Shown here in pieces: positions 1 to 12,035 of a DNA stretch of 64,000 nt (positions are counted from its first letter, which is position 1; every line of letters starts with the position of its first letter). This stretch comes from an uncultured delta proteobacterium (GTDB lineage Bacteria > Desulfobacterota > Binatia > Binatales > Binataceae), in the NCBI GenBank assembly GCA_963842085.1, contig CAWJET010000002.1, positions 352,001 to 416,000 of the forward strand. Reading direction: 5' to 3'. The position numbers and the translations under genes are program-made. The notes under the pieces were generated by a model that was not told the DNA's origin, made no database searches, and saw only the letters and a list, made by a program, of their open reading frames with translations.

Positions 1-1971
1 CTGGACGACGAGTCGGCGTCCGTCGATCAGAAGTTGGCCGCTACTTCGACCGACCCGGGCATCTACCTGCTGCGCGACCGCGCGGGCAAGGTGCTTTATG
101 TCGGCAAGGCCAAGTCTCTGCGCTCGCGCGTGCGCGCCTACTTCCGCGAGGGGGGAGACGGGCGCTTCCAGGTGCGGTTCCTGATGAAGCGGGTGCGCGA
201 CTTCGACACGATCGTTACCGCGAGCGAAAAGGAGGCGCTGATCCTCGAGAACAACCTGATCAAGCAGTACAAGCCCAGGTACAACATCCGTCTCAAGGAC
301 GACAAATCTTACCTGAGCGCGAAGATCACCAATCACGCGTGGCCGCGAATCACCGTCACGCGCAAAATTGTAAAAGATGGCGGCCGCTACTTCGGCCCGT
401 TCGGCTCGGCCGACGGTCTGCGCGAGACGATCGACGTTATCCGCAAAGTCTTTCCGCTGCGCACCTGCACCGACGCGGTGTTTCGCAATCGCTCGCGGCC
501 GTGCCTCGAATATCAGATCAAGCGATGCCTCGGGCCGTGCTGCTTGCCGGTCGATCGCGACGAGTACGGGCGCCATCTGCACGCGGCGCAGATGCTGCTC
601 GAAGGGAAAAACCTCGAGTTGCTGCGCGAGATGCGCGATCAGATGAAGGAGCATGCGTCGCGGCTCGAGTTCGAGCAGGCCGCGCGGATTCGCGACCGCG
701 TGCGCGCGATCGAAAAAACCGTCGAGCGGCAGACCGTCCTGCATCATTGGGGAATCGACGAGGACGTGTTCGGAATCTACCGCGAGGGCGGCTTTATCGA
801 GGCGATCGTGCTGATCGTGCGCGGCGGCAAGCTGACCAGCACACAAGGATGGAGCTTCCAGGACCTGGAATTTCCGGTGCACGAAATTCTGTCCGACCTG
901 CTCACCCAGTACTACTCGGGCGCGCGCAATATTCCCGACGAAGTGATCGTGCCGGTCGAGCTGGAGGACGCCGCCGTGCGCGCGGAGCTGCTCTCGGAGC
1001 GGCGCGGAAAGAAATGCGAAATGTTCCAGCCGCAGCGCGGCGAGAAGCTGCGCCTGCTCGAAATGGCGATGGACAACGCGCGCCAGAGCTTTGCCTCGCG
1101 CCGCGACAACGAAAAGACCCGCGAGCGGATGCTCGAGGATCTGCGCGTCAAGCTCGGCCTGCGTAACACGCCCAAGCGGATGGAGTGCTACGACATCTCG
1201 AATCTGCAAGGCTCGATGGTGGTCGGCTCGCAGGTGACGTTCGACGAAGGCGAGCCGCAAAAGAATCTCTACCGCCGCTACCGGATTCGCAGCTTCGAGG
1301 GCCAGGATGATTTCGCCAGCATGTACGAAGTCCTCAAACGGCGCCTCGAACGCGCGGTGCGCGAGCACGAGTATCCGGATTTGTGGGTGATTGACGGCGG
1401 CAAGGGACAACTGAACGTCGCGCTCGCGGTGCTGCGCGAGTTCAGGCTGCTCGATCAGATCGATTGCGTGTCGCTCGCCAAGCAGCACGTGCTGAACGAC
1501 CGGCGCGAGAAGGAAGTGACCAAATCCGAGGAGCGCGTCTTCATTCCGCGGCGCAAGGATCCGCTCGTGCTGCCGAAGAATTCGACGGCGCTGTTCCTGC
1601 TGGTGCGGATTCGCGACGAGGCGCATCGATTCGCGATCACCTACAACCGCGAACTGAGGCGTCGCGCACGGCTGCGTTCGGTGCTGGACGATATCGAGGG
1701 CGTCGGCCCGGTGCGCCGGCGCGCGATGCTCCGTCATTTCGGGAGTCTCAAGCGGATTCGCGAGGCGACCGTCGATGAGATCGCGGCGGTTAAGGGACTC
1801 AACCGCGAACTCGCCGCCGAAATTCGCCGGCATCTCGACGAAATGACGGCGCTGCTCGACGTCGAAGAATCCGCCGACTCCGCGGATCAGCTGGCTCTTC
1901 CGCTCGATTCATCGGCGGTTCCCGCCGACAACGCCGGCGCGAGAGTCAATGACACGCCCGCACGTGATTGA
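1..1971 (+). CDS. uvrC: Excinuclease ABC subunit C (frame is open to the window edge; true start may be upstream)
   Basis: GIY-YIG N-terminus (PGIYLL..LYVGKAKSLRSRV), UVR domain, endonuclease motifs ECYDISN and IDGGKGQLN, RDEAHRFA, C-terminal HhH (IEGVGP). Confidence 0.97.
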   Translation: MDDESASVDQKLAATSTDPGIYLLRDRAGKVLYVGKAKSLRSRVRAYFREGGDGRFQVRFLMKRVRDFDTIVTASEKEALILENNLIKQYKPRYNIRLKDDKSYLSAKITNHAWPRITVTRKIVKDGGRYFGPFGSADGLRETIDVIRKVFPLRTCTDAVFRNRSRPCLEYQIKRCLGPCCLPVDRDEYGRHLHAAQMLLEGKNLELLREMRDQMKEHASRLEFEQAARIRDRVRAIEKTVERQTVLHHWGIDEDVFGIYREGGFIEAIVLIVRGGKLTSTQGWSFQDLEFPVHEILSDLLTQYYSGARNIPDEVIVPVELEDAAVRAELLSERRGKKCEMFQPQRGEKLRLLEMAMDNARQSFASRRDNEKTRERMLEDLRVKLGLRNTPKRMECYDISNLQGSMVVGSQVTFDEGEPQKNLYRRYRIRSFEGQDDFASMYEVLKRRLERAVREHEYPDLWVIDGGKGQLNVALAVLREFRLLDQIDCVSLAKQHVLNDRREKEVTKSEERVFIPRRKDPLVLPKNSTALFLLVRIRDEAHRFAITYNRELRRRARLRSVLDDIEGVGPVRRRAMLRHFGSLKRIREATVDEIAAVKGLNRELAAEIRRHLDEMTALLDVEESADSADQLALPLDSSAVPADNAGARVNDTPARD

Positions 1972-2123
1972 CGCTAGAGTTCCCTGGAGCACATATCATT
2001 CGTCGCGTTATCTGCCTGTGTCAGCGCATAATCTTTCAGTCAACATTGACCGCACGCCGCCATTGACGCTCACAGGAGGGCGTACCTATCGCCGCGGGAG
2101 CACTTTCCGTAAGACGCGCCGTC

Positions 2124-4742
2124 TTGCGACCGGTCGGGCGCGAGCCGGGCAGGTCCCGCGATATCCTGCCTCCGCTCCCGGCGGTCAGCCTGGTCGAACG
2201 GTTTGCGCCGATCTACGTGGTCGCGTTGGCGGTGGCCGGCGGAGACGCGCTTGGCAATTTTCACGTCGCGATTCCGCTGTGGCTCGCGTCGACGCTTGCC
2301 CTGATCGCGCTCGGCGCGTTTCTCAACTCTCGAAGGACGCTAGGTCTCGGGGCCGCATACCTGGCGATCGCGATGACCGCGAACGTTGCTGCGGCGAACG
2401 TACTCCAGAAGCCGCACGAGCCTCATGGCGTTGCGACGATGGCGGACGGCTCGCGCGTCACCATCGGAGGACGCCTGTATCGCGAGACCGAGCACGAGCC
2501 CTACGGCGAGCGGCTGTACGTTGCGGTCGAACGAGCCGCCAAGCAGGGCGGCACGATGTCGGCGTCGAGCGGCAACGTCCGAGTCGCGGTGGTCGGTGGC
2601 GGTGAGTTCAAGCTGGGTGACGAGATCAGGCTGACTGCGCGGATTCGCTTTCCGCGCAACTACGGCAATCCCGGCGAGTTCGATTACGCGGGCCTGATGG
2701 CGCGCGACGGCATCGACGCGACGATGACCGCGCCGAAGGACTCGCTCGGTTCACCGAGGTTTCAGATTATCGGGCATCGTTCGAGCTTTCCTGCAAGCCA
2801 GATTGAATCGATACGAACCCACATCGGCGAGTTCTTCGATCGGAACCTCGCTTATCCTGAAAACGCCGAAATGCGCGCGCTCGTGATCGGCGATCAGGGC
2901 GAAATCGGCGAGCCGCTTCGGCAGACGTTCGCGCGCACCGGGATGGCGCATCTGCTAGTCATCTCCGGACTGCACCTGAGCATCGTGGCGGCCGCGATGT
3001 TTGCGGTAACGCGGCTTGCGATGATGCTGTTGCCGGGGTTCGCGAACCGCGGTTACGCGAACAAGGTCGCCGCGCTTGCCGCGATGCTCGCGGTAGGCGC
3101 GTACGCCTTGATCGCCGGGCATCGCGTGTCGACGGTGCGCGCGCTGGTGATGGTGCTCGCGTACATGCTGGCCGTGGCAATCGATAGATCGCGCGAGGCG
3201 ATCGCGTCGCTGGCGCTCGCCGCAATCGTGATTTGCATCGCGCTTCCCGGTTCGACCGCCGACATCGGGTTTCAGCTTTCGTTCGCGTCGGTGATTGCGA
3301 TCGTGCTCGGCATGCGCCGGTTTGCCGCGTGGTTCGCGCGCCGCAAGCGCCTGGGCAGGCTTCGCGGCGAACCCGCTTCGTCACGGTGGCGGTTTATTGA
3401 AGTTCCAGCCGGCTACCTCGCGGTCTCGTTCTGGGCGATGGTCGGGACGGCGCCCCTCACCGCGTACCACTTCAACCAGTTTGCTGTGGTCGGCGTGGTC
3501 GCCAACGCCGTAGTGGTGCCGATCATGGCGTTTGGCGCGACGGTCAGCGGACTCGTTGCCGCCGCGATGAGTTTCTTGTCGGAGCCGTTCGCGCGCCGGA
3601 TACTGCTGTTGGGCGCGAACGCGCTCGCAGCCGGCAACTGGCTGGCGGCATGGTTTGTCGATTGGCCGTTGGCGTGGTTCCGTATCTTCACCCCGACAAT
3701 TCTCGAACTCGGAATCGCCTATGCGTTGCTGATGATCTGGTTGCTCGCCCCGCTCGCCGCCGCGATAACCGCGAACCGAACGCGCGACGAGATCGCGGAC
3801 GACACGACAAGCGCGCTCAGATTCGGATGGCGTGCGCGATGCGCCGGTGCGCTGGCTGTCGTGCTGACGGTTGACGCTGGATACTGGACCTACGACCGGT
3901 TCTTCAATCCCGACGTGCGCGTAACGTTCCTGTCGGTCGGGGAGGGCGACGGCGCGGTGGTGCGATTTCCCGGCTCGCGCGTGATGGTGATCGATGCCGG
4001 TGGCTCCTATGGAGGCTTCGACGCGGGCGAGCGAATTGTCGCACCGTATTTGTGGTCGCAAAAAATCATCCGCGTCGACTATCTCGCGCTGAGTCATCCC
4101 GACCTCGACCATTTCGGCGGCCTCGATTTTATCGCGATGAACTTCGCGCCCCGGGCGTTCTGGACTACCGGCGTGCCGAGCCTCGACGTCAGCTACGCAC
4201 GCTTTGTGGGCGACCTCGAGCGCGCCCGGATTCCGATGGTGCAGGTGCGCGATGCGGCTCCGGTCGCGTCGATCGGCGGCGTTGCAATCGCGTCGCTCAA
4301 CGGCGACACCGGCATCGCGAGGACGCACAACAACAGCTCGATGGTGTTGCGATTCAGTTTCGGCAGCGCGTCATTGCTGTTCACCGGCGATATCGAGTCG
4401 GCCGGCGAGCGCGCGATGATCGGGAACCGCGGCGATCTTCGTGCGACGATACTCAAGGTGCCGCATCACGGCAGCGCTACTTCCTCAACGGCGGCGTTCA
4501 TTGCGGCGGTGCATCCGGAGGCCGCGGTAATCTCGGACGGATATTTGAATAAATTTCATTTTCCCGCCGATGCTGTCGTCGAGCGTTACGCCGACGAGGG
4601 CGCATTCTTGTTGCGCACCGACCTCGACGGCGCCGTGACGGTGGATGCCACGCCCGAGCGGATGACGGTGCGGACGTTTCGAGGGCGCCGCGGCGGTTCA
4701 ATTTTCCTGATGCCGGCAGCTGTTGCCGCTGCCCGGCGCTAG
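2124..4742 (+). CDS. comEC: ComEC/Rec2 DNA uptake competence protein
   Basis: NPGEFDY, competence-domain HLLVISGLH, GFQLSF, many TM segments, C-terminal metallo-beta-lactamase (SHPDLDHFGG, LKVPHHGS). Start uncertain. Confidence 0.93.
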   Translation: MRPVGREPGRSRDILPPLPAVSLVERFAPIYVVALAVAGGDALGNFHVAIPLWLASTLALIALGAFLNSRRTLGLGAAYLAIAMTANVAAANVLQKPHEPHGVATMADGSRVTIGGRLYRETEHEPYGERLYVAVERAAKQGGTMSASSGNVRVAVVGGGEFKLGDEIRLTARIRFPRNYGNPGEFDYAGLMARDGIDATMTAPKDSLGSPRFQIIGHRSSFPASQIESIRTHIGEFFDRNLAYPENAEMRALVIGDQGEIGEPLRQTFARTGMAHLLVISGLHLSIVAAAMFAVTRLAMMLLPGFANRGYANKVAALAAMLAVGAYALIAGHRVSTVRALVMVLAYMLAVAIDRSREAIASLALAAIVICIALPGSTADIGFQLSFASVIAIVLGMRRFAAWFARRKRLGRLRGEPASSRWRFIEVPAGYLAVSFWAMVGTAPLTAYHFNQFAVVGVVANAVVVPIMAFGATVSGLVAAAMSFLSEPFARRILLLGANALAAGNWLAAWFVDWPLAWFRIFTPTILELGIAYALLMIWLLAPLAAAITANRTRDEIADDTTSALRFGWRARCAGALAVVLTVDAGYWTYDRFFNPDVRVTFLSVGEGDGAVVRFPGSRVMVIDAGGSYGGFDAGERIVAPYLWSQKIIRVDYLALSHPDLDHFGGLDFIAMNFAPRAFWTTGVPSLDVSYARFVGDLERARIPMVQVRDAAPVASIGGVAIASLNGDTGIARTHNNSSMVLRFSFGSASLLFTGDIESAGERAMIGNRGDLRATILKVPHHGSATSSTAAFIAAVHPEAAVISDGYLNKFHFPADAVVERYADEGAFLLRTDLDGAVTVDATPERMTVRTFRGRRGGSIFLMPAAVAAARR

Positions 4743-4831
4743 CTGCTGGAGCGCTTAGTCAGAGCGCGGTGTAAAATCAGCGCGCGTTTCTATCGACCCC
4801 GCCCATCACTCTAAGCTACATATGGAGCGAG

Positions 4832-5977
<1,146 letters not shown>

Positions 5978-6002
5978 GGCAAAAATCGGTGAGGACTGTA
6001 CT

Positions 6003-7637
6003 GTGAGCAAGAAGGAGAAATGGCTTGCGACGACCTACAAGCAGGCAAGCGAGCGCCCGGTCCGCTTCTCGACCGTGTCCGACATGGAGCTCGCCCCGCT
6101 CTACACGCCCGACGACCTAACCGGCTCGTACGACGCCGCGCTCGGTAACCCGGGCGAGTTTCCGTACACGCGCGGTGTGTACGGCTCGATGTATCGCGGA
6201 CGCTTGTGGACGATGCGCCAGTTCGCCGGGTTCGGGCTCGCCGAAGACACCAACGCGCGCTTTCACTTCCTGCTCGGCCAGGGCCAGGACGGACTCTCCA
6301 CCGCGTTCGACATGCCGACGCTGATGGGCTACGACGCGGACCACGAACGCGCGCTCGGCGAAGTGGGACGCGAGGGCGTGTCGGTCTCGACGGTCCACGA
6401 CATGGCGGCGCTGTTCGATCGAATCCCGCTCGACCGGGTCACCACCTCGATGACGGTGAACTGCTCGGCGTCGATCCTGCTCGCGATGTACCTGGTGGTG
6501 GCCGAGCGCAACGGAATTCCGTGGGAGCGCGTCGGTGGCACCATTCAGAACGACATGCTCAAGGAGTACATCGCGCAGAAGGAATGGATTTGCCCGCCGC
6601 GCCCGGCGCTGAGAATCGTCACCGACATGATCGAGTTCTGCGCGCGCAAAGTCCCGCGCTGGCACGCGGTGTCGATCTCCGGCTACCACATCCGCGAGGC
6701 CGGCTCGACCGCCGTGCAGGAGCTCGCCTTCACGATTGCCGACGGCATCTGCTACGTCGATGAAGCGGTCAAGCGCGGGATCGCCGTCGACGACTTCGCT
6801 CAGCGGCTCTCGTTTTTCTGGAATCTGCACAACGATTTTCTCGAAGAGGTCGCCAAGCTCCGCGCCGCGCGCCGGATGTGGGCGCGAATCATAAAGGTTC
6901 GTTTTGGCGCGAAGAATCCGAAATCGATGATGCTGCGCACGCATGCGCAAACCGCCGGCGCGTCGCTGACGGCGCAGCAGCCGATCAACAACGTGGTTCG
7001 CGTGGCGATCCAGGCGCTGGCGGGTGTGCTCGGCGGAATCCAGTCGTTGCACACCAATTCGATGGACGAGACGCTCGCGCTACCGACCGAGCAGTCCGTC
7101 ATGGTCGCGCTGCGCACCCAGCAAATCATCGCGGAAGAAACCGGCGTCACGAACACGATCGATCCGTTCGGCGGCAGCTACGCGGTCGAAGCGCTGACGG
7201 ACAGGATGGAACGCGAGGCGAACGACTATATCCGGCGCATCGACGAGATGGGCGGGATGGTCAAGGCAATCGAGACCGGCTATCCACAGCGCGAGATCGC
7301 CGAGGCCGCGTTTCACTTTCAGCGCCAACTCGAGCAGCGAATCAAGACAGTGGTCGGCGTCAACAAGTATTCAATCCCCGAAGAGATTCCGATCGCGACG
7401 CTCAGGATCGATCCGGCGATCGAAGAGCGGCAGATTCAGCGCGTGCGCAAGGTCAAGCGCGAGCGCAATTCCGTCGCGGTCAAGGAAGCGCTCGCGCGAG
7501 TCGCCGAGGCGTGCCGCTCCGGCGAAAACCTGATGGAACCGATTTGCGAGGCGGTGCGCCGCGACGCGACCGTGGGCGAAGTTTCGGATATCTTTCGTGC
7601 CGAGTTCGGTGTGTACACGGACCCGGGCTGGATTTAG
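6003..7637 (+). CDS. icmA: B12-dependent acyl-CoA mutase large subunit, isobutyryl-CoA mutase-like
   Basis: [18 protein letters not shown] (Phe where MCM has Tyr), KEYIAQKEW (Gln where MCM has Arg), [19 protein letters not shown]; no B12-binding domain. Confidence 0.8.
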   Translation: MSKKEKWLATTYKQASERPVRFSTVSDMELAPLYTPDDLTGSYDAALGNPGEFPYTRGVYGSMYRGRLWTMRQFAGFGLAEDTNARFHFLLGQGQDGLSTAFDMPTLMGYDADHERALGEVGREGVSVSTVHDMAALFDRIPLDRVTTSMTVNCSASILLAMYLVVAERNGIPWERVGGTIQNDMLKEYIAQKEWICPPRPALRIVTDMIEFCARKVPRWHAVSISGYHIREAGSTAVQELAFTIADGICYVDEAVKRGIAVDDFAQRLSFFWNLHNDFLEEVAKLRAARRMWARIIKVRFGAKNPKSMMLRTHAQTAGASLTAQQPINNVVRVAIQALAGVLGGIQSLHTNSMDETLALPTEQSVMVALRTQQIIAEETGVTNTIDPFGGSYAVEALTDRMEREANDYIRRIDEMGGMVKAIETGYPQREIAEAAFHFQRQLEQRIKTVVGVNKYSIPEEIPIATLRIDPAIEERQIQRVRKVKRERNSVAVKEALARVAEACRSGENLMEPICEAVRRDATVGEVSDIFRAEFGVYTDPGWI

Positions 7638-7640
7638 GCG

Positions 7641-8045
7641 ATGGCGGAAAAGAGACTCAGAATTCTGGTCGCAAAGCCCGGACTCGACGGTCACGATCGC
7701 GGCGCTAAAATTATTGCGCGCGCGCTACGCGACGGCGGTTTCGAGGTCATCTACACCGGGCTGCATCAGACGCCCGAAATGATCGCCGAGGCTGCCGTGC
7801 AGGAAGACGCCGATGCGGTCGGGCTCAGCGTGCTGTCGGGCGCGCACATGACGCTGTTTCCCGAGGTGATGCGCCTGCTGAAGGAGCGCGGCGCCGGCGA
7901 CGTCGCGGTTTTCGGCGGCGGGATCATTCCCGACGACGACGCGGTCAAGCTCAAGGAGATGGGCGTGCGGCAAATCTTCACCCCCGGCGCATCGACGGAA
8001 GACATCGTCAAATGGGTGCGCGAGAATGTCGCGGCCCGCACTTAG
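7641..8045 (+). CDS. icmB: Cobalamin-binding small subunit of acyl-CoA mutase
   Basis: [11 protein letters not shown] (DxHxxG), [20 protein letters not shown]. Confidence 0.85.
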   Translation: MAEKRLRILVAKPGLDGHDRGAKIIARALRDGGFEVIYTGLHQTPEMIAEAAVQEDADAVGLSVLSGAHMTLFPEVMRLLKERGAGDVAVFGGGIIPDDDAVKLKEMGVRQIFTPGASTEDIVKWVRENVAART

Positions 8046-8051
8046 GTTCAA

Positions 8052-9209
8052 ATGAACTTCGATCTGACCGAAGAGCAGCGCCGCATCCGCGAAACGCTGA
8101 CCGACTTCGCCGAGCGCGAGATCAAGCCGCACTCGACAAAGTGGGACAAGGAGGAGACCTTCCCGCGGCATATCGTCGAGCAGCTCGGCCAGCTCGGCTT
8201 TCTCGGGGTCGCGTTTCCGGAAAAATTCGGCGGCGGCGGCGCGGACACCCTGTCACAGGTGCTTGTCGTCGAGGGGCTCTCGCGCTACGACGCGTCGATC
8301 GGGCTGACCTGCGCGGCGCACATGTCGCTCTCGACCGGGCATATCGCGGGGTTCGCATCCGACGAGCAGCGCGAACACTACGTTCCCGCCATGCTCCAGG
8401 CGAAGAAGCTCGGCGCGTGGTGCCTGACCGAGCCGAGCTCCGGTTCGGATGCGGCCGCGATGCGCACGAAGGCGACGCGGGTCGGCGACAACTATTCGAT
8501 CACCGGCTCCAAAATGTTTATCACCAACGGCACGGTCGCCGATGTGTACGTCGTGATGGCGATCACCGATCAGGCGCGCGGGCGCGACGGCGTGTCAGCA
8601 TTCATCGTGGATCGCGGCACGGCGGGACTCTCGAACGGAAAGAAAATCGAGAAGCTGGGGCTGCGCGCGTCCGACACCGCCGAAGTTATCTTCGAAAACG
8701 TCACGGTCCCGGCGCGCAACCTGGTCGGCGAGCTGGGCGCGGGATACAGGCAGACGCTCAAGGTGCTCGAAGCGGGGCGAATCGGAATCGCTGGGTTCGC
8801 GGCGGGAATCGCGCGCGGCGGCTTCGAGGAAGCGCGCGCATACGCGCTCGAACGCGCGCAGTTCGGCAAGAAGATTGCCGAGTTCCAGGCGATTCAATGG
8901 ATGTTCGCCGACATGGCGACTCGAATCGACGCGGCATGGGTACTCATCTGCCGGGCCGCCGCGCTCAGAGATGCGGGCAAGCCGTTCGCGCGCGAGGCGG
9001 CGATGGCGAAGCTGTTCGCGTCCGAGACCGCGATGTGGTCGACGATCAAAGCTGTGCAGATTCACGGCGGCTACGGCTACGTCACCGACTTCCCCGTCGA
9101 GCGCTACATGCGCGACGCCAAGCTCTCCGAAATCGGCGAGGGCACCAGCGAAGTGCAGCGGATGATCATTGCCAAGTCGCTGCTGCGCGACGGCTACCTG
9201 CCCGCTTGA
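8052..9209 (+). CDS. Acyl-CoA dehydrogenase
   Basis: [47 protein letters not shown]. Confidence 0.95.
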   Translation: MNFDLTEEQRRIRETLTDFAEREIKPHSTKWDKEETFPRHIVEQLGQLGFLGVAFPEKFGGGGADTLSQVLVVEGLSRYDASIGLTCAAHMSLSTGHIAGFASDEQREHYVPAMLQAKKLGAWCLTEPSSGSDAAAMRTKATRVGDNYSITGSKMFITNGTVADVYVVMAITDQARGRDGVSAFIVDRGTAGLSNGKKIEKLGLRASDTAEVIFENVTVPARNLVGELGAGYRQTLKVLEAGRIGIAGFAAGIARGGFEEARAYALERAQFGKKIAEFQAIQWMFADMATRIDAAWVLICRAAALRDAGKPFAREAAMAKLFASETAMWSTIKAVQIHGGYGYVTDFPVERYMRDAKLSEIGEGTSEVQRMIIAKSLLRDGYLPA

Positions 9210-9213
9210 TTGG

Positions 9214-9933
9214 TCAATCTTCCAGAAGATCTTCGCGTATGATCGCCAGCTCGGCGGCGTTGAGGCCGATCACTTCGCGCATGAAGCCTTCGATGCCGCC
9301 GTTTTCGTCGATTAGTTCGAAGACTGGATCGAGTTGCTCCGCCGCCAGCGGGATCTTGCTGAAGACCACGTTGCTTTCGAGGAAATCGGCGACGATTCGA
9401 TCGCGTTCGACCCCGAGCATCGACAGCAGCATCGCGGCGCCGACTCCGGTGCGGTCGCGGCCGGCGGAACAGTGAAAAAGCAGGGGGTAAACGTCGCGCT
9501 CGGCGAGCAGCTTGAAGAAGCGGCGCCAGTCGTGCCGGAAGTGCATCACGAGCGCCAGGTGTTCGCGGCCGGGTTCCGGGGCTACGCGCGTGTAGCCCTG
9601 GTCGTTGAACCATTCGTCGCCCATCGGAATGTGTTCCCATCGCACGCCGCGGCGCGCGGCCGGCTGGGGCGCGCCAAGGTGTTTGACTTCGGCGCGGCTC
9701 TGGAGGGTGACGAGGGTGCGAAGTCTGAGCTGGCTGATGGGACTCTCGGGCGGTACTTCGGCGAGATGCGACGAGCGGAATACCAACCCGCTGCGGACAC
9801 GGCGGCGATTGGCGACGGGATGTCCTCCGAGGTCGCGGAAATTTTGCGCGGCGAAACTGCGGAGCAGCTCGAAGTCGACGACGACCCGCGGCTTTTCGGG
9901 TGCGTCTTCGGTCCTGTTCCTATTCTTCGGCAA
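9214..9933 (-). CDS. Tyrosine-protein/lipid phosphatase family protein
   Basis: NFRDLGG, FRSS and P-loop HCSAGRDRTG. Confidence 0.88.
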   Translation of the reverse strand: MPKNRNRTEDAPEKPRVVVDFELLRSFAAQNFRDLGGHPVANRRRVRSGLVFRSSHLAEVPPESPISQLRLRTLVTLQSRAEVKHLGAPQPAARRGVRWEHIPMGDEWFNDQGYTRVAPEPGREHLALVMHFRHDWRRFFKLLAERDVYPLLFHCSAGRDRTGVGAAMLLSMLGVERDRIVADFLESNVVFSKIPLAAEQLDPVFELIDENGGIEGFMREVIGLNAAELAIIREDLLED

Positions 9934-10034
9934 GAGAGTTTCAGTTTAACAGGGCTCGCGGCCTCGACCAAAAGAAAGCCGCGTGAGGTTCCACGGCTTT
10001 GCTCGCGCTGACGAAAGAGGTAGGAACGAATTTA

Positions 10035-11450
10035 ATGACGGCGAACACTCATGCGATTGTTATTGGCGGGAGCATGGCGGGGCTTTGCGCTGCGCGCGTC
10101 CTCAGCAAGTTTTACGACAAAGTCACCGTGATCGATCGCGATGCTTATCCGGCCGGGGCGCATGAGCGGCCCGGCGTTCCGCAGAGCAGGCATGTTCATG
10201 CGCTGCTGATGCGCGGGCGGCTCGAGCTCGACCGCCTGTTCCCGGGTTTCGAGAAGACGATGCTGGAGCGCGGCGCGCTCGAGATAAATTTTGGCCGCGA
10301 CTTCGCTGCGCTCAGACCGGACGGATGGGCCGAGCGGCGTCCGAACTCGATAACGACGCTGTTCGCGAGCCGCGTGCTGATCGAGGCGACGGTGCGCGAG
10401 CTGATTCGCCGAATTCCAAACGTCGAGCTGATCGAACGGGCCGAAGCGGTCGGCTTCGAGACGGTGCGCGGCGATTCGATTCGGGTCAGCGGAGTAAAGG
10501 TGAATCCGCGCGACGGCGGCGCAGCGTTCACGCTGAGCGGCGACCTGGTCGTCGATGCGAGCGGGCGCGCAACCAAAATTCCGTCGTGGATCGACGCGAT
10601 GGGCTTGCCGACGCCGCCCGAGACCGTGGTCGATTCGCATACCGGGTACGCGTCGCGATGGTACAAGGTGAATCCCGAGCGGCGCCCGAAGGATTGGTGG
10701 TGGAAAGGAATCTGGATCGATCCGATCGCGGAGGATTTCCTGACCGCCGGCGTGGTGTTTCCGGTCGAGCACAATCGAATGATCGTGACGATGGCGGGAA
10801 TCGGCGGCCATTATCCGCCGAGCGACGAGGACGGGTTCACCGCGCAACTCGCGCAACTGCGCTCGCCGATTATCGCCGAGGAAGTCGCGCTGGCGGAACC
10901 GATGTCGCAGGTTTATTCGTACCGGCAGATGGCGAACCGCTGGCGGCATTACGAGAAATGGGGCGCGCGGCTCGACGGCTTCGTCGCGCTCGGCGACTCG
11001 TCGTGCGCGTTCAATCCCGTTTACGGCCAGGGGATGACGTCGGGCGCGTTGTCGGCACTGATACTCGGCGAGTGCCTCGAAAACAACGGCATCAACGACG
11101 CCGAGTTCCCGCGAAAATTCTTCACGGCGCAGGCGCGCTTCCAGGCCGAGCCATGGGGACTCGCGACGGGCTCCGACTTCAGAGTTCCGGGCACCGAAGG
11201 CAAACGTCCAATGATCAGCCGCGTGACGGCTCCGCTGCTGGGAAAAATGTTCGAGGTGGCCGGCGACGATCCCGCGATCGGCGACCGGATCGGCGAAGTG
11301 ATCAACATGGTGAAGCCGCCGTCGGCGCTGTTCGAGCCGTCGTTGCTGATGCTGATCGCGAAGGCGTGGTCGCGGCGGCTGATCAAGGGGCGAAGGCGGG
11401 AGAAGGAGGCGACGGCGATGCCGCCGCTGGCGCTGGGGGCCGAGGGGTAG
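10035..11450 (+). CDS. FAD-dependent monooxygenase/oxidoreductase
   Basis: VIGGSMAGL Rossmann motif, GVPQSRHVH, VVDASGR, LGDS..FNPVYGQGMT; ATG at 10035 after a purine-rich RBS. Confidence 0.88.
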   Translation: MTANTHAIVIGGSMAGLCAARVLSKFYDKVTVIDRDAYPAGAHERPGVPQSRHVHALLMRGRLELDRLFPGFEKTMLERGALEINFGRDFAALRPDGWAERRPNSITTLFASRVLIEATVRELIRRIPNVELIERAEAVGFETVRGDSIRVSGVKVNPRDGGAAFTLSGDLVVDASGRATKIPSWIDAMGLPTPPETVVDSHTGYASRWYKVNPERRPKDWWWKGIWIDPIAEDFLTAGVVFPVEHNRMIVTMAGIGGHYPPSDEDGFTAQLAQLRSPIIAEEVALAEPMSQVYSYRQMANRWRHYEKWGARLDGFVALGDSSCAFNPVYGQGMTSGALSALILGECLENNGINDAEFPRKFFTAQARFQAEPWGLATGSDFRVPGTEGKRPMISRVTAPLLGKMFEVAGDDPAIGDRIGEVINMVKPPSALFEPSLLMLIAKAWSRRLIKGRRREKEATAMPPLALGAEG

Positions 11451-11480
11451 GAAAGGGGAAGGGTAGATCACTTTATTTAA

Positions 11481-11530
11481 CGGGAGTGTACGCTTTTGGA
11501 CTTGATACAGTCCAAAAGCGTACACTTCCG
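11481..11530. mobile_element. 50-bp MITE-like element: two 22-bp TIRs, 6-bp spacer, flanked by an 8-bp direct repeat
   Basis: CGGGAGTGTACGCTTTTGGACT-tgatac-AGTCCAAAAGCGTACACTTCCG (21/22 complementary); TTATTTAA at 11473-11480 and 11531-11538. Confidence 0.7.
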
Positions 11531-11539
11531 TTATTTAAT

Positions 11540-11592
11540 GTGAAACCCATCCCGGGTTTCACGCTTCCTTGGGCAGGGTGACCCCTGCACCC
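11540..11592. repeat. Dispersed REP-like double-hairpin repeat
   Basis: GTGAAACCC..GGGTTTCAC-GCTTCCTTGG-GCAGGGTGACCCCTGCACCC; reverse-complement copies at 41725-41776 and 42128-42180, partial copy at 44401-44423. Confidence 0.85.
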
Positions 11593-11763
11593 GGTGTAAA
11601 GAAAGAATAGATACGGGACTTCGTCCTGTTAAAACCAGGATGAGCTTCGTGCGATTGTGGTTGCTCCAACAAGAGCTCAACTCGACCCACCGCGGATTTC
11701 GGCGGATAGTGACTCGGTGAAGCAGTAGACTGTCGAGGCGCTAGCGCCGTGGAGATATAAGTC

Positions 11764-12021
11764 GTGCAAGAGAAAATTAAAGTTGGATTCCAGGCTTTCA
11801 CTTCCGACGGAGGCGAGGAGTTCGGCGCCGTTCGGCAGGTTGCTCCGGGCGGACGGCCCGAGCTGGTGATCTACGTCGAGAATGCCGGCGATTTCACGGT
11901 CCCGCTCAGCGCGGTGGAAGCGGTGCATTCGGAGAAAGTTGTGTTCAACTGCGCGAAGCTCGATCGCATGCTACGGCAGGCGATCGGGCATGCGCATGAC
12001 GCGGAAAAGCCGGGCGCTTAA
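11764..12021 (+). CDS. Small hypothetical protein (PRC-barrel/DUF2171-like)
   Basis: GGAG RBS before GTG; SDGGEEFGAV..VPLSAVEAV pattern. Confidence 0.7.
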   Translation: MQEKIKVGFQAFTSDGGEEFGAVRQVAPGGRPELVIYVENAGDFTVPLSAVEAVHSEKVVFNCAKLDRMLRQAIGHAHDAEKPGA

Positions 12022-12035
12022 AAACCTGGGGCCAT

